Part shown: piece after piece, positions 8,286 to 17,958 of the stretch
Layout: every line of letters starts with the position of its first letter
Numbering within the stretch: position 1 is the stretch's first letter
NCBI GenBank assembly: GCA_035948315.1
Contig: DASZJG010000010.1
Span: 24,815 to 88,814, forward strand
Source of the DNA: Pseudonocardiaceae bacterium
GTDB taxonomy: Bacteria; Actinomycetota; Actinomycetes; Mycobacteriales; Pseudonocardiaceae
Reading direction: 5' to 3'
Length of the DNA: 64,000 nucleotides
Notes under the pieces: generated by a model
The model's input: only the letters and a program-made list of their open reading frames with translations
What the model was told of the DNA's origin: nothing
Databases searched by the model: none
Position numbers and translations under genes: made by a program

Positions 8286-11156
8286 TCACTTGATGACGAC
8301 GTCGAAGCGGGCGACGTTGGAACCGAACACGCTCAGCACCGGCGTCGCGCCGTTCAGATCGGCCGAGTTGTAGGTGACGGTCAGGGTTTCCGACTCGCCC
8401 GGCCACAGCGTGATGTCGTTGTCGCTCCACAGCGCGGACGTCACCTGGTTGTCGCCGGACTGCTCGCCGCCGCTCGCCGTGCCGCGCCGCACGTCCGCCC
8501 GGAGGAAGAAGCCGACGGTCGGCTTGCTGGAGGTGTTGGTGATGGTCACCGTCGCCGCCGTGTCCGCACCGTCCGGACCGGGCGCGGCGGAGGCCGTCGC
8601 GGTCGCCGTCACGGTCGCCGCGGCGAGCGACTTCAACCCGGTCAGGTCCGCGTAGCTGGATTCGGTGCCCTGCGGCTGTCCGCTCGTCGCCGACCAGTCG
8701 ATCGTGTCCTTCTTCGTCGACTGCCAGTACACGTTGCGGTCGACCAGGTTGCCGTTCTGCTTGAGCAGCAGCTCGACGAAATACACGTTGCCACTGGTCG
8801 AACTCGGCGCCTTCGGCGTGATGACACCGGTCTTGACCTGCTGGCTGGACAAGGTGACATTGCCGACCGTCTGGTCGTCGAGCACCGAACCGGCGGTGTT
8901 GTACACCTTGGATTCGATGGACAGCCCGGACTGGCTCTGCCCGCTCACGCTGTCCAGGGTAACGGTGCCGTTGTCCTGCGCGAGCAACGCGTGCAGCGAC
9001 TGGTTGGCCTGCTTGGCGCCGAAGAAGCTGCCGGACTGGTCGCTGTCGGAGTTGTAGAGGTTCCAGAGCATCGACGGCCAGCCCTTGTTGGCCTGCCAGT
9101 AGATCGTGCCGGTCGAGGCCGACACGCCGCCCGAGGTGTTGTTCGAGTGGTCGACGAACGCCTCGAACTGCGCCCTGGTGCTCTCGTACTCCTGGATCTG
9201 CGCTTCCTCGACGTAGCTGTTCAGGCTGTTCCACGCGCCGTAGCGGTTGGTCAGCGCCTGGTCGAACAGGAACAGCGTGCCGAAGTTGTAGTTGCCGTGG
9301 CCGTTCTCGTAGTTCAGGTGGTACTGGTTGAAGCTCGGGTTGTTCCACAGGTTGTTCAGGTCCGAAGCGGACATGAAGCGGTTGAGCGAATCGATCGTCG
9401 GCACGGTGTCGCCCGCGCTCTCCTCGCTGTCCAGGCCCCACGAGCCACCGACGTTGGTGCGCGTGCTGTCACCGCTGTCGAAGTGCGAGGTGTCGTACCA
9501 GTAGTTGGGCGGCACGTAGTCGTACGGGCCTTCCTTCTGGCCGGAGGTGCCCAGGATCGGGCTGCTGTTGTACTCGGCGGAGGAGAGCAGAACCACGTCG
9601 AAGTCGTTGGCCTTCCACGTGTTCACCGCGGCCGACTCCTGCTTGGACCCGGGCGCGTTGTCGCTCCAGCCCATCGCGATGACGCTCGGGTGGTTGCGCT
9701 CGTTCTGGCCGATGGCGGTCGCCGCGTTGGTCATCACGGCCAGCGTCGCCGCGTTCGGACTGGAGTTCTCCCAGGCGTCACAGCAGGAAAACCCGGAGTC
9801 GATGAGGATGCCGGCCGCGTCCATCTGCTCGTAGAACTCGTCCGGCATGAAGTGACCCTCCAGGCGCAGGGTGTTCAGGCCGAGGTTCTTGATGATCGCG
9901 ACCTGGTTGGCGATGTCCGCCGACGAGTAGCGCAGGAACAGGTCCGGCTCCCAGCCGCCGCCACGGATCACGATCGGCTTGCCGTTGACCTGGAACTGCC
10001 GCACGCCGGCCGGCGCCTCGCTGGACTTGTCGATCATGCTGGAGGTGACGGTGCGGATGCCGAACGTCTCGTGCGTGCTGTTGCTGCTCGCGCTGCCCTG
10101 GGTCAGCGTGGTGTCCAGCGCGTAGAGCGGCTGGGCGCCCATCTGGTAAGGCCACCACACCTGTGGGTTGTTGATCGTCAGCGGCGCGAAACTCACCGTG
10201 GTGGTCTTGTTCGCGGCCACCGTGACCGACTGGTTCACCGTGATCGGCGAGCCTGCGCCGTTCGGCGGGGTCACCGTGGCATAGACCGTGCCGGTCTGGC
10301 TGCTGCCGCTGCCGTTGGTGACATTCACCTTCACGGTCAGAGCCGAACTGCTCAGGTTGCTCGCGTTGTTCTCCACGACGTGCGCGTTGCCGACCGACAG
10401 CGCGTTGTTGACCTGCAACTCGACCGGGAACTGGATGCCGGTGTTCTCGTCCGGCGGCACCTGGGTCCAGTCGACGTTGTCCACGGTCAGGTTCGAGGAG
10501 GGGTTGTTCGGGTAGACCTCGAACGCGATCGAGTTGGTGCCGGAGACGAGGTCGCTGCCGACGTTGAAGGTGTATTTGGTGTAGTCACCGGTGACCGTGG
10601 TCTTGGTGGACACCTCCTTGCCGTTGAGCCACACGTCGGCCGAGCCGACCACGCCGTTGACCACCAGGGTCGCGGACTGGCCCGCGGCGACGTTCGGGGT
10701 GAAGTCGGCGCGATACCACCACGGCACGTCGAACTGCGAGAGCGTGTTCGCGCCCGGCTTGGCCAGGTAGCCGAAGCAGGTCTTCATGTTGGTCGAGAAG
10801 TAGACGTTGGGGCAGGCGCCGTTCTGCAGCAACGCGGCGATCTCCGTGCCCGGCGCGCCGCTGTCGTCCGGTTTGACCGAGAGCCACTTCGACGTGTCGA
10901 AGCCGGCCTTGGAAATGGCCGCGCCGCCCTGGGTCGCGGTCGCGCTGGTCAGTACCTTCCACCCGGAACTGCCCACAGTGGACAGACCTCGGGTGGAGTT
11001 GGGCTGGGTCGAGGTCGCGACCGAGGCCGGGGCCGAACCGGTTGGCGCGGCAATGCTCGTCGAGGCCATCGCTGCCGGGACTCCGCTCAAGGCGGTGGCC
11101 ACCGCGAACGCGATGCCCGCGGCGAGTCCCAGCCGCGCTCGGCTGATGCGGATCAT
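8286..11156 (-). CDS. csxA: Secreted GH2 exo-beta-D-glucosaminidase (CsxA-like)
   Basis: Signal peptide from ATG 11156; PWWYR, VDNVDW, IRGGGWEPDLFLRY, LRLEGH, CCDAWE, EGPYDYVPPNYWY, SEESAG motifs of the CsxA subfamily. Confidence 0.85.
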   Translation of the reverse strand: MIRISRARLGLAAGIAFAVATALSGVPAAMASTSIAAPTGSAPASVATSTQPNSTRGLSTVGSSGWKVLTSATATQGGAAISKAGFDTSKWLSVKPDDSGAPGTEIAALLQNGACPNVYFSTNMKTCFGYLAKPGANTLSQFDVPWWYRADFTPNVAAGQSATLVVNGVVGSADVWLNGKEVSTKTTVTGDYTKYTFNVGSDLVSGTNSIAFEVYPNNPSSNLTVDNVDWTQVPPDENTGIQFPVELQVNNALSVGNAHVVENNASNLSSSALTVKVNVTNGSGSSQTGTVYATVTPPNGAGSPITVNQSVTVAANKTTTVSFAPLTINNPQVWWPYQMGAQPLYALDTTLTQGSASSNSTHETFGIRTVTSSMIDKSSEAPAGVRQFQVNGKPIVIRGGGWEPDLFLRYSSADIANQVAIIKNLGLNTLRLEGHFMPDEFYEQMDAAGILIDSGFSCCDAWENSSPNAATLAVMTNAATAIGQNERNHPSVIAMGWSDNAPGSKQESAAVNTWKANDFDVVLLSSAEYNSSPILGTSGQKEGPYDYVPPNYWYDTSHFDSGDSTRTNVGGSWGLDSEESAGDTVPTIDSLNRFMSASDLNNLWNNPSFNQYHLNYENGHGNYNFGTLFLFDQALTNRYGAWNSLNSYVEEAQIQEYESTRAQFEAFVDHSNNTSGGVSASTGTIYWQANKGWPSMLWNLYNSDSDQSGSFFGAKQANQSLHALLAQDNGTVTLDSVSGQSQSGLSIESKVYNTAGSVLDDQTVGNVTLSSQQVKTGVITPKAPSSTSGNVYFVELLLKQNGNLVDRNVYWQSTKKDTIDWSATSGQPQGTESSYADLTGLKSLAAATVTATATASAAPGPDGADTAATVTITNTSSKPTVGFFLRADVRRGTASGGEQSGDNQVTSALWSDNDITLWPGESETLTVTYNSADLNGATPVLSVFGSNVARFDVVIK

Positions 11157-11366
11157 CTGTTGCCACTTTCTGTGGTTGCCGAATAACGGGATTTGTGCGC
11201 GGCGAAGCAAGCCACGGCGAGAACACGCCGAGGCGATCGGGTCGCGAGTGGGAACGGGCCCGGCTCAGCCGGGGCGCGGCTCAGGCGTGCGCGTGCGAAT
11301 TCGCATGCGTGCTCCCCAGATCAGGAACAGGCAGCTGCGGCGCGGCGGGCATCCGCTGCTGGGCCG

Positions 11367-11430
11367 TTAGTTTGTAAAGTTCCCTACCTAAAAGCTCCCC
11401 CAGCTTGGCCCGGTCACCAGGGCATGTCAA
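11367..11430 (-). promoter_or_regulatory. csxA promoter with a ROK/CsnR-like operator (putative)
   Basis: Minus strand TTGACA (11430-11425)-N17-CAAGCT, followed by imperfect palindrome TTAGGTAGGGAA-C-TTTACAAACTAA (11391-11367). Confidence 0.5.
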
Positions 11431-11479
11431 GAGCCGAACGCGCTCGGCAACGATGGGCACGACGCCCCTCAGCTCGGAT

Positions 11480-11506
11480 GTTTGCCTTTTGGAGTGACGT
11501 GGGTCA
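11480..11506 (+). promoter_or_regulatory. SigB/SigF-type promoter (putative)
   Basis: GTTT-N17-GGGTCA upstream of the DUF2795-like gene. Confidence 0.4.
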
Positions 11507-11548
11507 CAATCCATTTTCGCTCGGGCGTTGGTCCCGAACCGAGGAGTG

Positions 11549-11767
11549 ATGATGACCGAGCTGGACAAACAGTCGCTGTGCTTCGTGCTCGCCGACCTGA
11601 CCTTTCCCGCGCAGCGCTGGGAAATCCTCACTCAGGCGGACCTGTACGGCGTCGATGCCGTGACCCGCGAGCGACTGCGCCTGCTCCCGACCAGAAGCAC
11701 GCCGTACCGCGACATGCAGGACATCATCGACGCGCTGGAAGCCGCGTCGACCGAAACCATGGCCTGA
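11549..11767 (+). CDS. DUF2795-like small protein
   Basis: GAGGAG RBS; LADLTFPAQRWEILTQA...LRLLP...YRDMQDI fits the DUF2795 pattern. Confidence 0.7.
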   Translation: MMTELDKQSLCFVLADLTFPAQRWEILTQADLYGVDAVTRERLRLLPTRSTPYRDMQDIIDALEAASTETMA

Positions 11768-11783
11768 GCCGAGCCGGAGCCAC

Positions 11784-12688
11784 TCAGCGGCGGCCAAGGC
11801 CGGCGTTCGATGCGCAGTACTCGGCGATGTCGGCATGCGTGGCGAACCAGACGCCGTCGGTGCCGGCCATCTCCTCGATCAACTCCCGCAGGATCACCAG
11901 CCGCGACCGGTGCCCGATGATGTGCGGGTGCATGGTCAGCTGGAACAGCCCGCCCTCGGCGAGCGCGGACCGGAACTCGTCCTGCCAGATGCCGAGCACG
12001 GAGCGCGGCGGCGTGTAGGGCCGAACGCCGTCGAACCGGGCCATCACGAAATACGGGGCGTCGTCGCGGATCCACTCGACCGGGATCTCCACCATGCCGG
12101 TGGCCTCGCCCTCGTGGATCAACTCGTACGGCTCGTCGTCGGCCATCAGCGACGAGTCGTAGGCCAGCCCGAGTTCGCGCGCGATGGCCAGGGTGTGGTG
12201 GGAGAAGTCCCAGGACGGCGTGCGCATGCCGACCGGTCGCGTGCCGGTGATCGACTCCAGCGTGTCCGCGGCGCGCAGCAGCAGCTCGCGCTCGTCGGCC
12301 GCGTCGAGCAGGGTGTTGCGCTCGTGGATCCAGCCGTGCAGCGCGACCTCGTGCCCGGCCTCCGCGTAGCCCCGCACCTCGGCCGGATGCAGCAGCGCGG
12401 ACACCGCGGGCACGTAGAACGACGCCGGGATGCCGAACTCGGCCAGCAGCCGCAGCACCCGCGGCGCGCCCGCCCGCGCGCCGTACTCGCCGATGGACAG
12501 CTCACCGGGGCTGGTGATGTTGTTGCGCAGCGGCAGCGTTTCGTGATCGGAGTCGAAGGACAGCGCGACCGCCACCCGCGCCCGCCCGGCCACGTCTCCG
12601 GCGCCAGCCGACGCCCCGCCCGCACCCGCTCAACGTGCCCTCGCCACACCGGCTCGGCCCACTGCCACGGCTCCTGCTCAACCGTCAT
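11784..12688 (-). pseudogene. Polysaccharide deacetylase (NodB/PuuE-like) with a 1-nt frameshift near 12581
   Basis: AGGAGGG RBS and ATG 12688 give MTVEQEPWQWAEPVWRGHVERVRAGRRLAPETWPGG; the catalytic domain (ARVAVALSFDSD, HGWIHE, GMRTPSW, FQLTMHPHIIG) continues in another frame. One extra G restores WPGGARVAVALSFD. Confidence 0.75.
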
Positions 12689-12791
12689 CCGGCGCCCTCC
12701 TGTTCACATCCTTGAAAAGCTCTCACATGCTCGATCACGTTCGGATTTCCTAAATTACCAGCTCAACGGCACCATGCTACGGCGAACGGAT

Positions 12792-12870
12792 CAGTCCGGA
12801 TTGGACTGGACAGCGCAGATCTGTTGACTGTCAACACCTTGTCAGCGTTGATAACCCCCCGTTAACGTTT
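12792..12870. promoter_or_regulatory. Cluster of palindromic sites in the divergent deacetylase/GH105 intergenic region
   Basis: CAGTCC-N5-GGACTG (12792-12808), TGTTGAC-T-GTCAACA (12822-12836), LacI-like TGTCAGCGTTGATA, CGTTAACG. Confidence 0.45.
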
Positions 12871-12913
12871 TTTCGCCCTTGACCCCCAACTCTTCCTGAA
12901 TCGGGGAAACCGC

Positions 12914-14038
12914 ATGCCCGCCGCTTCGCGGTACCGTCACCTCGCGCTGCTCGTCGCCGGACTCGCCGGCATCGGCCTGATCACCGCGCCCACAGCGCAG
13001 GCCGCCCCGTCCGCGACCCCGCCACCGAGCAGTTGCTCGATCGTCAACGACATGGTGTCCGCCGACGCCTACTGGGTCGCCAACGGCACCGACACCGCGC
13101 CGCCCGACTGGCAGAACTCGACCTTCCAGGTCGGCAACCTGGCCATGGTGCGCACCACCGGTGTCACCAACCACATCACCTTCCCCTGGGCCGCGGCCAA
13201 CAACTACCAGCTCCCCGCCGACCCGCCGGACCAGCCGTTCTTCGCCGACGACGAGGCAGCGGGCGAGGCGTACCTGGCCCTCTACTACTACCACCCGAAC
13301 CCGGCCAGCCTCCAGGCGCTGCGCGACCGCGTCGCCGGCGAGGACGCCGGCGTGGCCGCCGGCAACGACACGTACTGGAACTACGTCGACGCGCTGAACA
13401 TGGCCATGCCTTCGTTCGCGCAACTCGGTGTCATGGACAACAGTCAGGCCGACCTGGACACCATGCACACCTTGTTCGACTACGCGCGTCGTCACCTGTT
13501 CAACAACTGGACGGGCCTGTGGTACCGCGACGCGAGCGACGTCGGCACCGGCACCTTCTGGTCGCGCGGCAACGGTTGGGCCTTCGCGGCATTGGCCAAG
13601 GTGCTCAACCAACTGCCCGCCACCGATCCGCACCGCGCCGAATACCTCGCGGTGTACCAACGGATGGCGTTCACCCTGCTCGCATTGCAGCGCCGCGACG
13701 GGTTCTGGAACGTCGACCTGCTCAATCCGTTCGACCACCCCGGCCCGGAGACCAGCGGCACCTCGCTGTTCACCTACGGCATGGCCTGGGGCATCAACCA
13801 CGGCATCCTGCCGGCGAAGATCTTCCAACCCGCGGTCGAGCGCGCCTGGCAGGGCCTGACCACCAAGGCGCTGCAACCGGGCGGCCTGCTCGGCTACGTG
13901 CAGGGTCCGGCCAAGGGTCCGCGCGACGCACAGCCGGTCACCGCGACCGACACCGCGGCCTACGGCGTCGGCGCGTTCCTGTTGGCCGGCACGCAGATGG
14001 CCGTCCTGACCCCGGGCTGCCTGCCGTCCGCGAGCTGA
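12914..14038 (+). CDS. Secreted GH88/GH105 unsaturated glycuronyl hydrolase
   Basis: Signal peptide; FFADD, YVDALNMAMP, GLWYRD, FWSRGNGW, LQRRDGFW, ETSGTSLFTYG, YGVGAFLLAG. Confidence 0.85.
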   Translation: MPAASRYRHLALLVAGLAGIGLITAPTAQAAPSATPPPSSCSIVNDMVSADAYWVANGTDTAPPDWQNSTFQVGNLAMVRTTGVTNHITFPWAAANNYQLPADPPDQPFFADDEAAGEAYLALYYYHPNPASLQALRDRVAGEDAGVAAGNDTYWNYVDALNMAMPSFAQLGVMDNSQADLDTMHTLFDYARRHLFNNWTGLWYRDASDVGTGTFWSRGNGWAFAALAKVLNQLPATDPHRAEYLAVYQRMAFTLLALQRRDGFWNVDLLNPFDHPGPETSGTSLFTYGMAWGINHGILPAKIFQPAVERAWQGLTTKALQPGGLLGYVQGPAKGPRDAQPVTATDTAAYGVGAFLLAGTQMAVLTPGCLPSAS

Positions 14039-14069
14039 GCCCGCCCAACCATCCACAAAGGAACAAACC

Positions 14070-14963
14070 TTGACCAGACTCCGCTCCGGCGCGCTCGCCA
14101 TCGCGGCGGCGGCCGCGCTCACCGGATTCGCCGCCCCCTCGGCACTCGCCGCTCCGTCCATACCGGCGTTCCAGATCAACGGCTGGCACGTGATCGGCCA
14201 GACCTCCGAGCCGGACGCCATCGCGGGCGAGGGCGTCGCCACGGTCCGCGCGCCGGGCAAGCCCATGTGGATCGACTACACCGACGGCGCCACGATTCCC
14301 GCGTCCATCATCAACCAGGGCTGGGGCCACATCGGCGACCCCGACTCCTGGCGCGGCTACATCTTCGATCCCTACCAGCAACCCGCGAGCGTCACGCCGG
14401 TGACCAAGAAGATGTTCATGGTCACCACGCCCAGCGGCGCGCAGTACGAGTACGTGCACCAACTCTCCGACGACGAGATCGGCCCGAACGCGGCCGCGTT
14501 CGACACGGTCACGCCGGACGGCCAGTGGATGGTGTCCGCCGAACTCGCCCCGGTCACCCGTCTGCTGGTGTTCCCGACCCCGCTGATCAACAAGCAGACC
14601 GCGCCGACCGGCGGCGACATCAACGTGGCATCGCGCATTCTGCTCAACCACATGGTGCGCAACCTGCAGGGCTGCGACTTCGTCAACGCGACGCGGCTGA
14701 TCTGCGCGTCGGACGATTCCAACAATGACATCTATCCGACCAGCAAACCGTTGCTCCAGATCGATCTGAAACATCCGCTCAATGGCAAGGACGTCACCGC
14801 TAAGGTCACGTCGCTCGGCCAGATTCCGCTGGCCAGCGCGTGCACCGGCACGTACACGGTGGAGGGCGTTGACTACGACACGGTTACCGGCGACCTGCGG
14901 GTCGAGGTGGACGCGCCGAGCCCGTGCAACACCGACATCACCATCTACACGTTGCATCGCTGA
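14070..14963 (+). CDS. Secreted hypothetical protein (beta-rich)
   Basis: TTG start after AAGGAA; clear signal peptide; coding-type GC3 bias; no family recognised. Confidence 0.7.
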   Translation: MTRLRSGALAIAAAAALTGFAAPSALAAPSIPAFQINGWHVIGQTSEPDAIAGEGVATVRAPGKPMWIDYTDGATIPASIINQGWGHIGDPDSWRGYIFDPYQQPASVTPVTKKMFMVTTPSGAQYEYVHQLSDDEIGPNAAAFDTVTPDGQWMVSAELAPVTRLLVFPTPLINKQTAPTGGDINVASRILLNHMVRNLQGCDFVNATRLICASDDSNNDIYPTSKPLLQIDLKHPLNGKDVTAKVTSLGQIPLASACTGTYTVEGVDYDTVTGDLRVEVDAPSPCNTDITIYTLHR

Positions 14964-14975
14964 ACGTATTCTGTG

Positions 14976-15006
14976 AAAAGGTCGGTGGGAAACCACCGGC
15001 CTTTTT
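14976..15006. terminator. Bidirectional intrinsic terminator
   Basis: AAAAGGTCGGTGG-GAAA-CCACCGGCCTTTTT between convergent genes. Confidence 0.8.
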
Positions 15007-15018
15007 GCTTATTCGCCA

Positions 15019-15513
15019 CTAGAACGGCCAGCGTTCGCCGACGATCTTGGTGAGGAACTTCCCGTCGACGCCTGCCACGCGACCGGCCGGAATCCAGGCG
15101 AGCAGCACGAGCGGAAACAGGTCGAGTGGGTAGGTCCAGAAATATTGGTTGGTGTGGAACAACATCAGCCAGATCGGCAGAATGAGCAGCAACCCACCCA
15201 GCGCGGCGAGCCTGGTGGCGATACCGAACAACAGTCCGAGACCGACGGCCAATTCGGCGATCGTCAAGAATATCTGGAAACCGCCCCAGTTCGGCAACAC
15301 CAGATCCGTGTAGAACCAGCGGAGTGGTGCAATGCCGGTGCTCATGGTGCCCTGGTTCAGGATGGCGTGCGCGGTGTCCCGGTTGACCAGGTTGAAGCTG
15401 AGCCAGCCCCAGTCGTAGTTCGCTTTGTTGAACACCTTGGCGATCGCATTGCTCAGCCAGTTCAACCCGAAAAAGATACGCAGCGCCACGATGGCCTTCG
15501 ATGCATTGTTCAC
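15019..15513 (-). CDS. DoxX-family membrane protein
   Basis: ALRIFFGLNWL...K, AELAVGLGLLFGIATRLAALGG. Confidence 0.75.
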   Translation of the reverse strand: MNNASKAIVALRIFFGLNWLSNAIAKVFNKANYDWGWLSFNLVNRDTAHAILNQGTMSTGIAPLRWFYTDLVLPNWGGFQIFLTIAELAVGLGLLFGIATRLAALGGLLLILPIWLMLFHTNQYFWTYPLDLFPLVLLAWIPAGRVAGVDGKFLTKIVGERWPF

Positions 15514-15585
15514 GCGTTGAAAGTAGCGCCGTCAACGCGGAATCATCGGTCTCGTCAGGGAGCCGTAAGAGTTGTTGCCGTGCGA

Positions 15586-16017
15586 TCACGCCCGGAGTTT
15601 GCGCAGGATCCGGGCAAGGTGGGCCCGATCGGTCGCACTGAGGCGGTCGAACAGCCGCTCGGTCTCGGCACCCTGGGCCAACCGAATCGCCTGGCCGACC
15701 GCGATGCCGTGCTCGGTGACGGCGACGAGGGTGGCCCGCCGGTCCTGCGGGTCGGGCCGCCGTTCGACCAGTCCCTTGGCCTGGAGGTCGTCCACCACCT
15801 CGGTGGCCGATCGCGGTGCGACGCGCAGGTGCTCGGACAGTTCGGTCAACCGAATCGGACCACATCGGGTCACCACCCGCAGTGCCCTCGACTGCGATGG
15901 GGACACCTCCCAGTGCGCGAGCGATTCGACCGAGATCCGGCGCAACTGGTGCGCGACCGACCGGACGGCCTCGGCCAGGGAGTCGTCGCGGTCCTGGTTG
16001 TGCTGGTCCTCACTCAC
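15586..16017 (-). CDS. MarR-family regulator
   Basis: LTELSEHLRVAPRSATEVVDDL, LVERRPDPQDRRATLVAVT. Confidence 0.9.
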   Translation of the reverse strand: MSEDQHNQDRDDSLAEAVRSVAHQLRRISVESLAHWEVSPSQSRALRVVTRCGPIRLTELSEHLRVAPRSATEVVDDLQAKGLVERRPDPQDRRATLVAVTEHGIAVGQAIRLAQGAETERLFDRLSATDRAHLARILRKLRA

Positions 16018-16042
16018 CTGCTCAGGATACCAGCATCATTGT

Positions 16043-16068
16043 GGTAACCTCATCTTGAGGTAACCTCA
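16043..16068. promoter_or_regulatory. Putative MarR operator
   Basis: GGTAACCTCA direct repeat and ACCTCA-TCT-TGAGGT / GAGGTAACCTC inverted repeats between marR and the ABC gene. Confidence 0.55.
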
Positions 16069-16074
16069 GTACAT

Positions 16075-17937
16075 GTGCCGGCATCGCCGGGAACGGAGCA
16101 GATCTTGGTTTCATCCGAAGCGAATCGAGCTGAACAGACCGAACGCGAACCCAGGCGGCCCGGCCGGGGCCGCACGCCCAGAACCGTGACAGCAGCCGAG
16201 AAGGCCCAGGCCAAGGAGGTGTCCCTGCGCCGGATCGCCGGTCTGTTCACGTCCTACCGCTGGCCGCTGGGCATCGTCATGGTCACCATCGCGCTCTCGT
16301 CGGTGGTCGGCCTCGCCTCACCGTTCCTGCTGCGTGCGGTGATCGACACCGCCCTGCCGACCAGGAACGTCCGGCTGCTGGTGCTGCTGGTATCCGGCAT
16401 GGTCGCGGTCGCCGCGTTCACGTCCGCGCTGGGCGTCGTCCAGACCTGGCTGAGCACCAAGGTCGGCCAGCAGGTCATGCACAGCCTGCGCACCAGCGTG
16501 TTCGCCCACCTGCAACGGCAGTCGATCGCGTTCTTCACCCGGACACGCACCGGCGAGGTGCAGTCCAGGATCACCAACGACGTCGGCGGGATGGAATCGG
16601 TGGTGACGTCCACGGCGACCTCGATCGCCTCGAACCTGACCACCGCCGTCGCGACCGCCGTCGCCATGGTCGCGCTGTCCTGGCGGCTGTCGCTGATCTC
16701 GCTGGTGGTGATGCCGCCTGCCATCTACCTGACCCGCAAAGTCGCCAGGATGCGCCGCACCATCACCACCGAACAGCAGCGCGAACTGGCCAACCTCAAC
16801 GTCACCGTCGAGGAGGGGCTTTCCATCAACGGCGTGCAGTTGGCCAAGACGATGGGCACCGGTCCAGCGCTGGTCGAGCGCTTCACCCAGTCCTCCGCGA
16901 AGCTGATCGACCTGGAACTGCGCTCCCAACTGGCCGGGCGCTGGCGGATGGCCTCGATGAGCATCATCTTCGCCGCGATCCCGGCGATCATCTACCTCAG
17001 TGCCGGCCTGCCAATCACGGCCGGCGCGATGACCATCGGCACCCTGATCGCGTTCACCACCCTGCAGAACAGCCTGTTCCGGCCCCTGATGGGGTTGCTC
17101 AACACCGCGGTCTCGGTGATCAGCTCGCTGGCGCTGTTCGCACGGATCTTCGAGTACCTCGACCTCCCGGTGGAGATCGTCGACCCGGTCGACCCGGTGG
17201 CGATCGACCCGGAGCGGATCACGGGACACGTGCGGTTCGAGCAACTCGAGTTCACCTATCCCGGCGCGCAGCGACCTGCCGTCGCCGAGGTCTCGCTGGA
17301 CGTTCCGGCCGGCAGCACGCTCGCCCTGGTCGGCGAGACCGGGTCCGGCAAAACGACGCTGGCCTCGCTGGTCGCCCGCCTGTACGACCCCACCAGCGGT
17401 GCCGTCACCATCGACGGTATCGACATCCGCCGCATGCGACTTGCCGATCTCGCTGAGATCGTCGGCATGGTCAGCCAGGAGACCTACCTGCTGCACACCA
17501 CGGTCCGGGAGAACCTGCGCTACGCCAAGCCGACCGCGACCGACGCCGAGATCGAGGACGCGGCCCGCGCCGCACAGATCCACGACCTGATCAGCACCCT
17601 GCCCGACGGCTACGACACCATGGTCGGCTCGCGGGGACACCGCTTCTCCGGCGGCGAGAAGCAGCGCATCGCCATCGCCCGCACCCTGCTGCGCGACCCC
17701 CGGGTGCTCCTGCTGGACGAGGCCACCAGCGCACTGGACACCGAGACCGAACGCGCCGTGCAACAGGCATTCGACGCGCTCGCACACGGCAGGACCACCA
17801 TCACCATCGCGCACCGGCTCTCCACGGTTCGCGGCGCCGACCAGATCGCCGTGCTCGACCACGGCCACGTCATCGAACGCGGCAGCCACACCGCGCTGCT
17901 GGCCGACAACGGCCGCTATGCCGCACTCGCTGCCTGA
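16075..17937 (+). CDS. ABC exporter, fused TMD-NBD
   Basis: TMD followed by GETGSGKT, FSGGEKQR, LLLDEATSALD, IAHRLST; true start may be GTG near 16187. Confidence 0.9.
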   Translation: MPASPGTEQILVSSEANRAEQTEREPRRPGRGRTPRTVTAAEKAQAKEVSLRRIAGLFTSYRWPLGIVMVTIALSSVVGLASPFLLRAVIDTALPTRNVRLLVLLVSGMVAVAAFTSALGVVQTWLSTKVGQQVMHSLRTSVFAHLQRQSIAFFTRTRTGEVQSRITNDVGGMESVVTSTATSIASNLTTAVATAVAMVALSWRLSLISLVVMPPAIYLTRKVARMRRTITTEQQRELANLNVTVEEGLSINGVQLAKTMGTGPALVERFTQSSAKLIDLELRSQLAGRWRMASMSIIFAAIPAIIYLSAGLPITAGAMTIGTLIAFTTLQNSLFRPLMGLLNTAVSVISSLALFARIFEYLDLPVEIVDPVDPVAIDPERITGHVRFEQLEFTYPGAQRPAVAEVSLDVPAGSTLALVGETGSGKTTLASLVARLYDPTSGAVTIDGIDIRRMRLADLAEIVGMVSQETYLLHTTVRENLRYAKPTATDAEIEDAARAAQIHDLISTLPDGYDTMVGSRGHRFSGGEKQRIAIARTLLRDPRVLLLDEATSALDTETERAVQQAFDALAHGRTTITIAHRLSTVRGADQIAVLDHGHVIERGSHTALLADNGRYAALAA

Positions 17938-17958
17938 CCTGCGTAGGCGGACGCCCGG

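Noticed and set aside
8184-11186. 1000-aa plus-strand ORF
   Set aside because: Antisense shadow of the GH2 gene.
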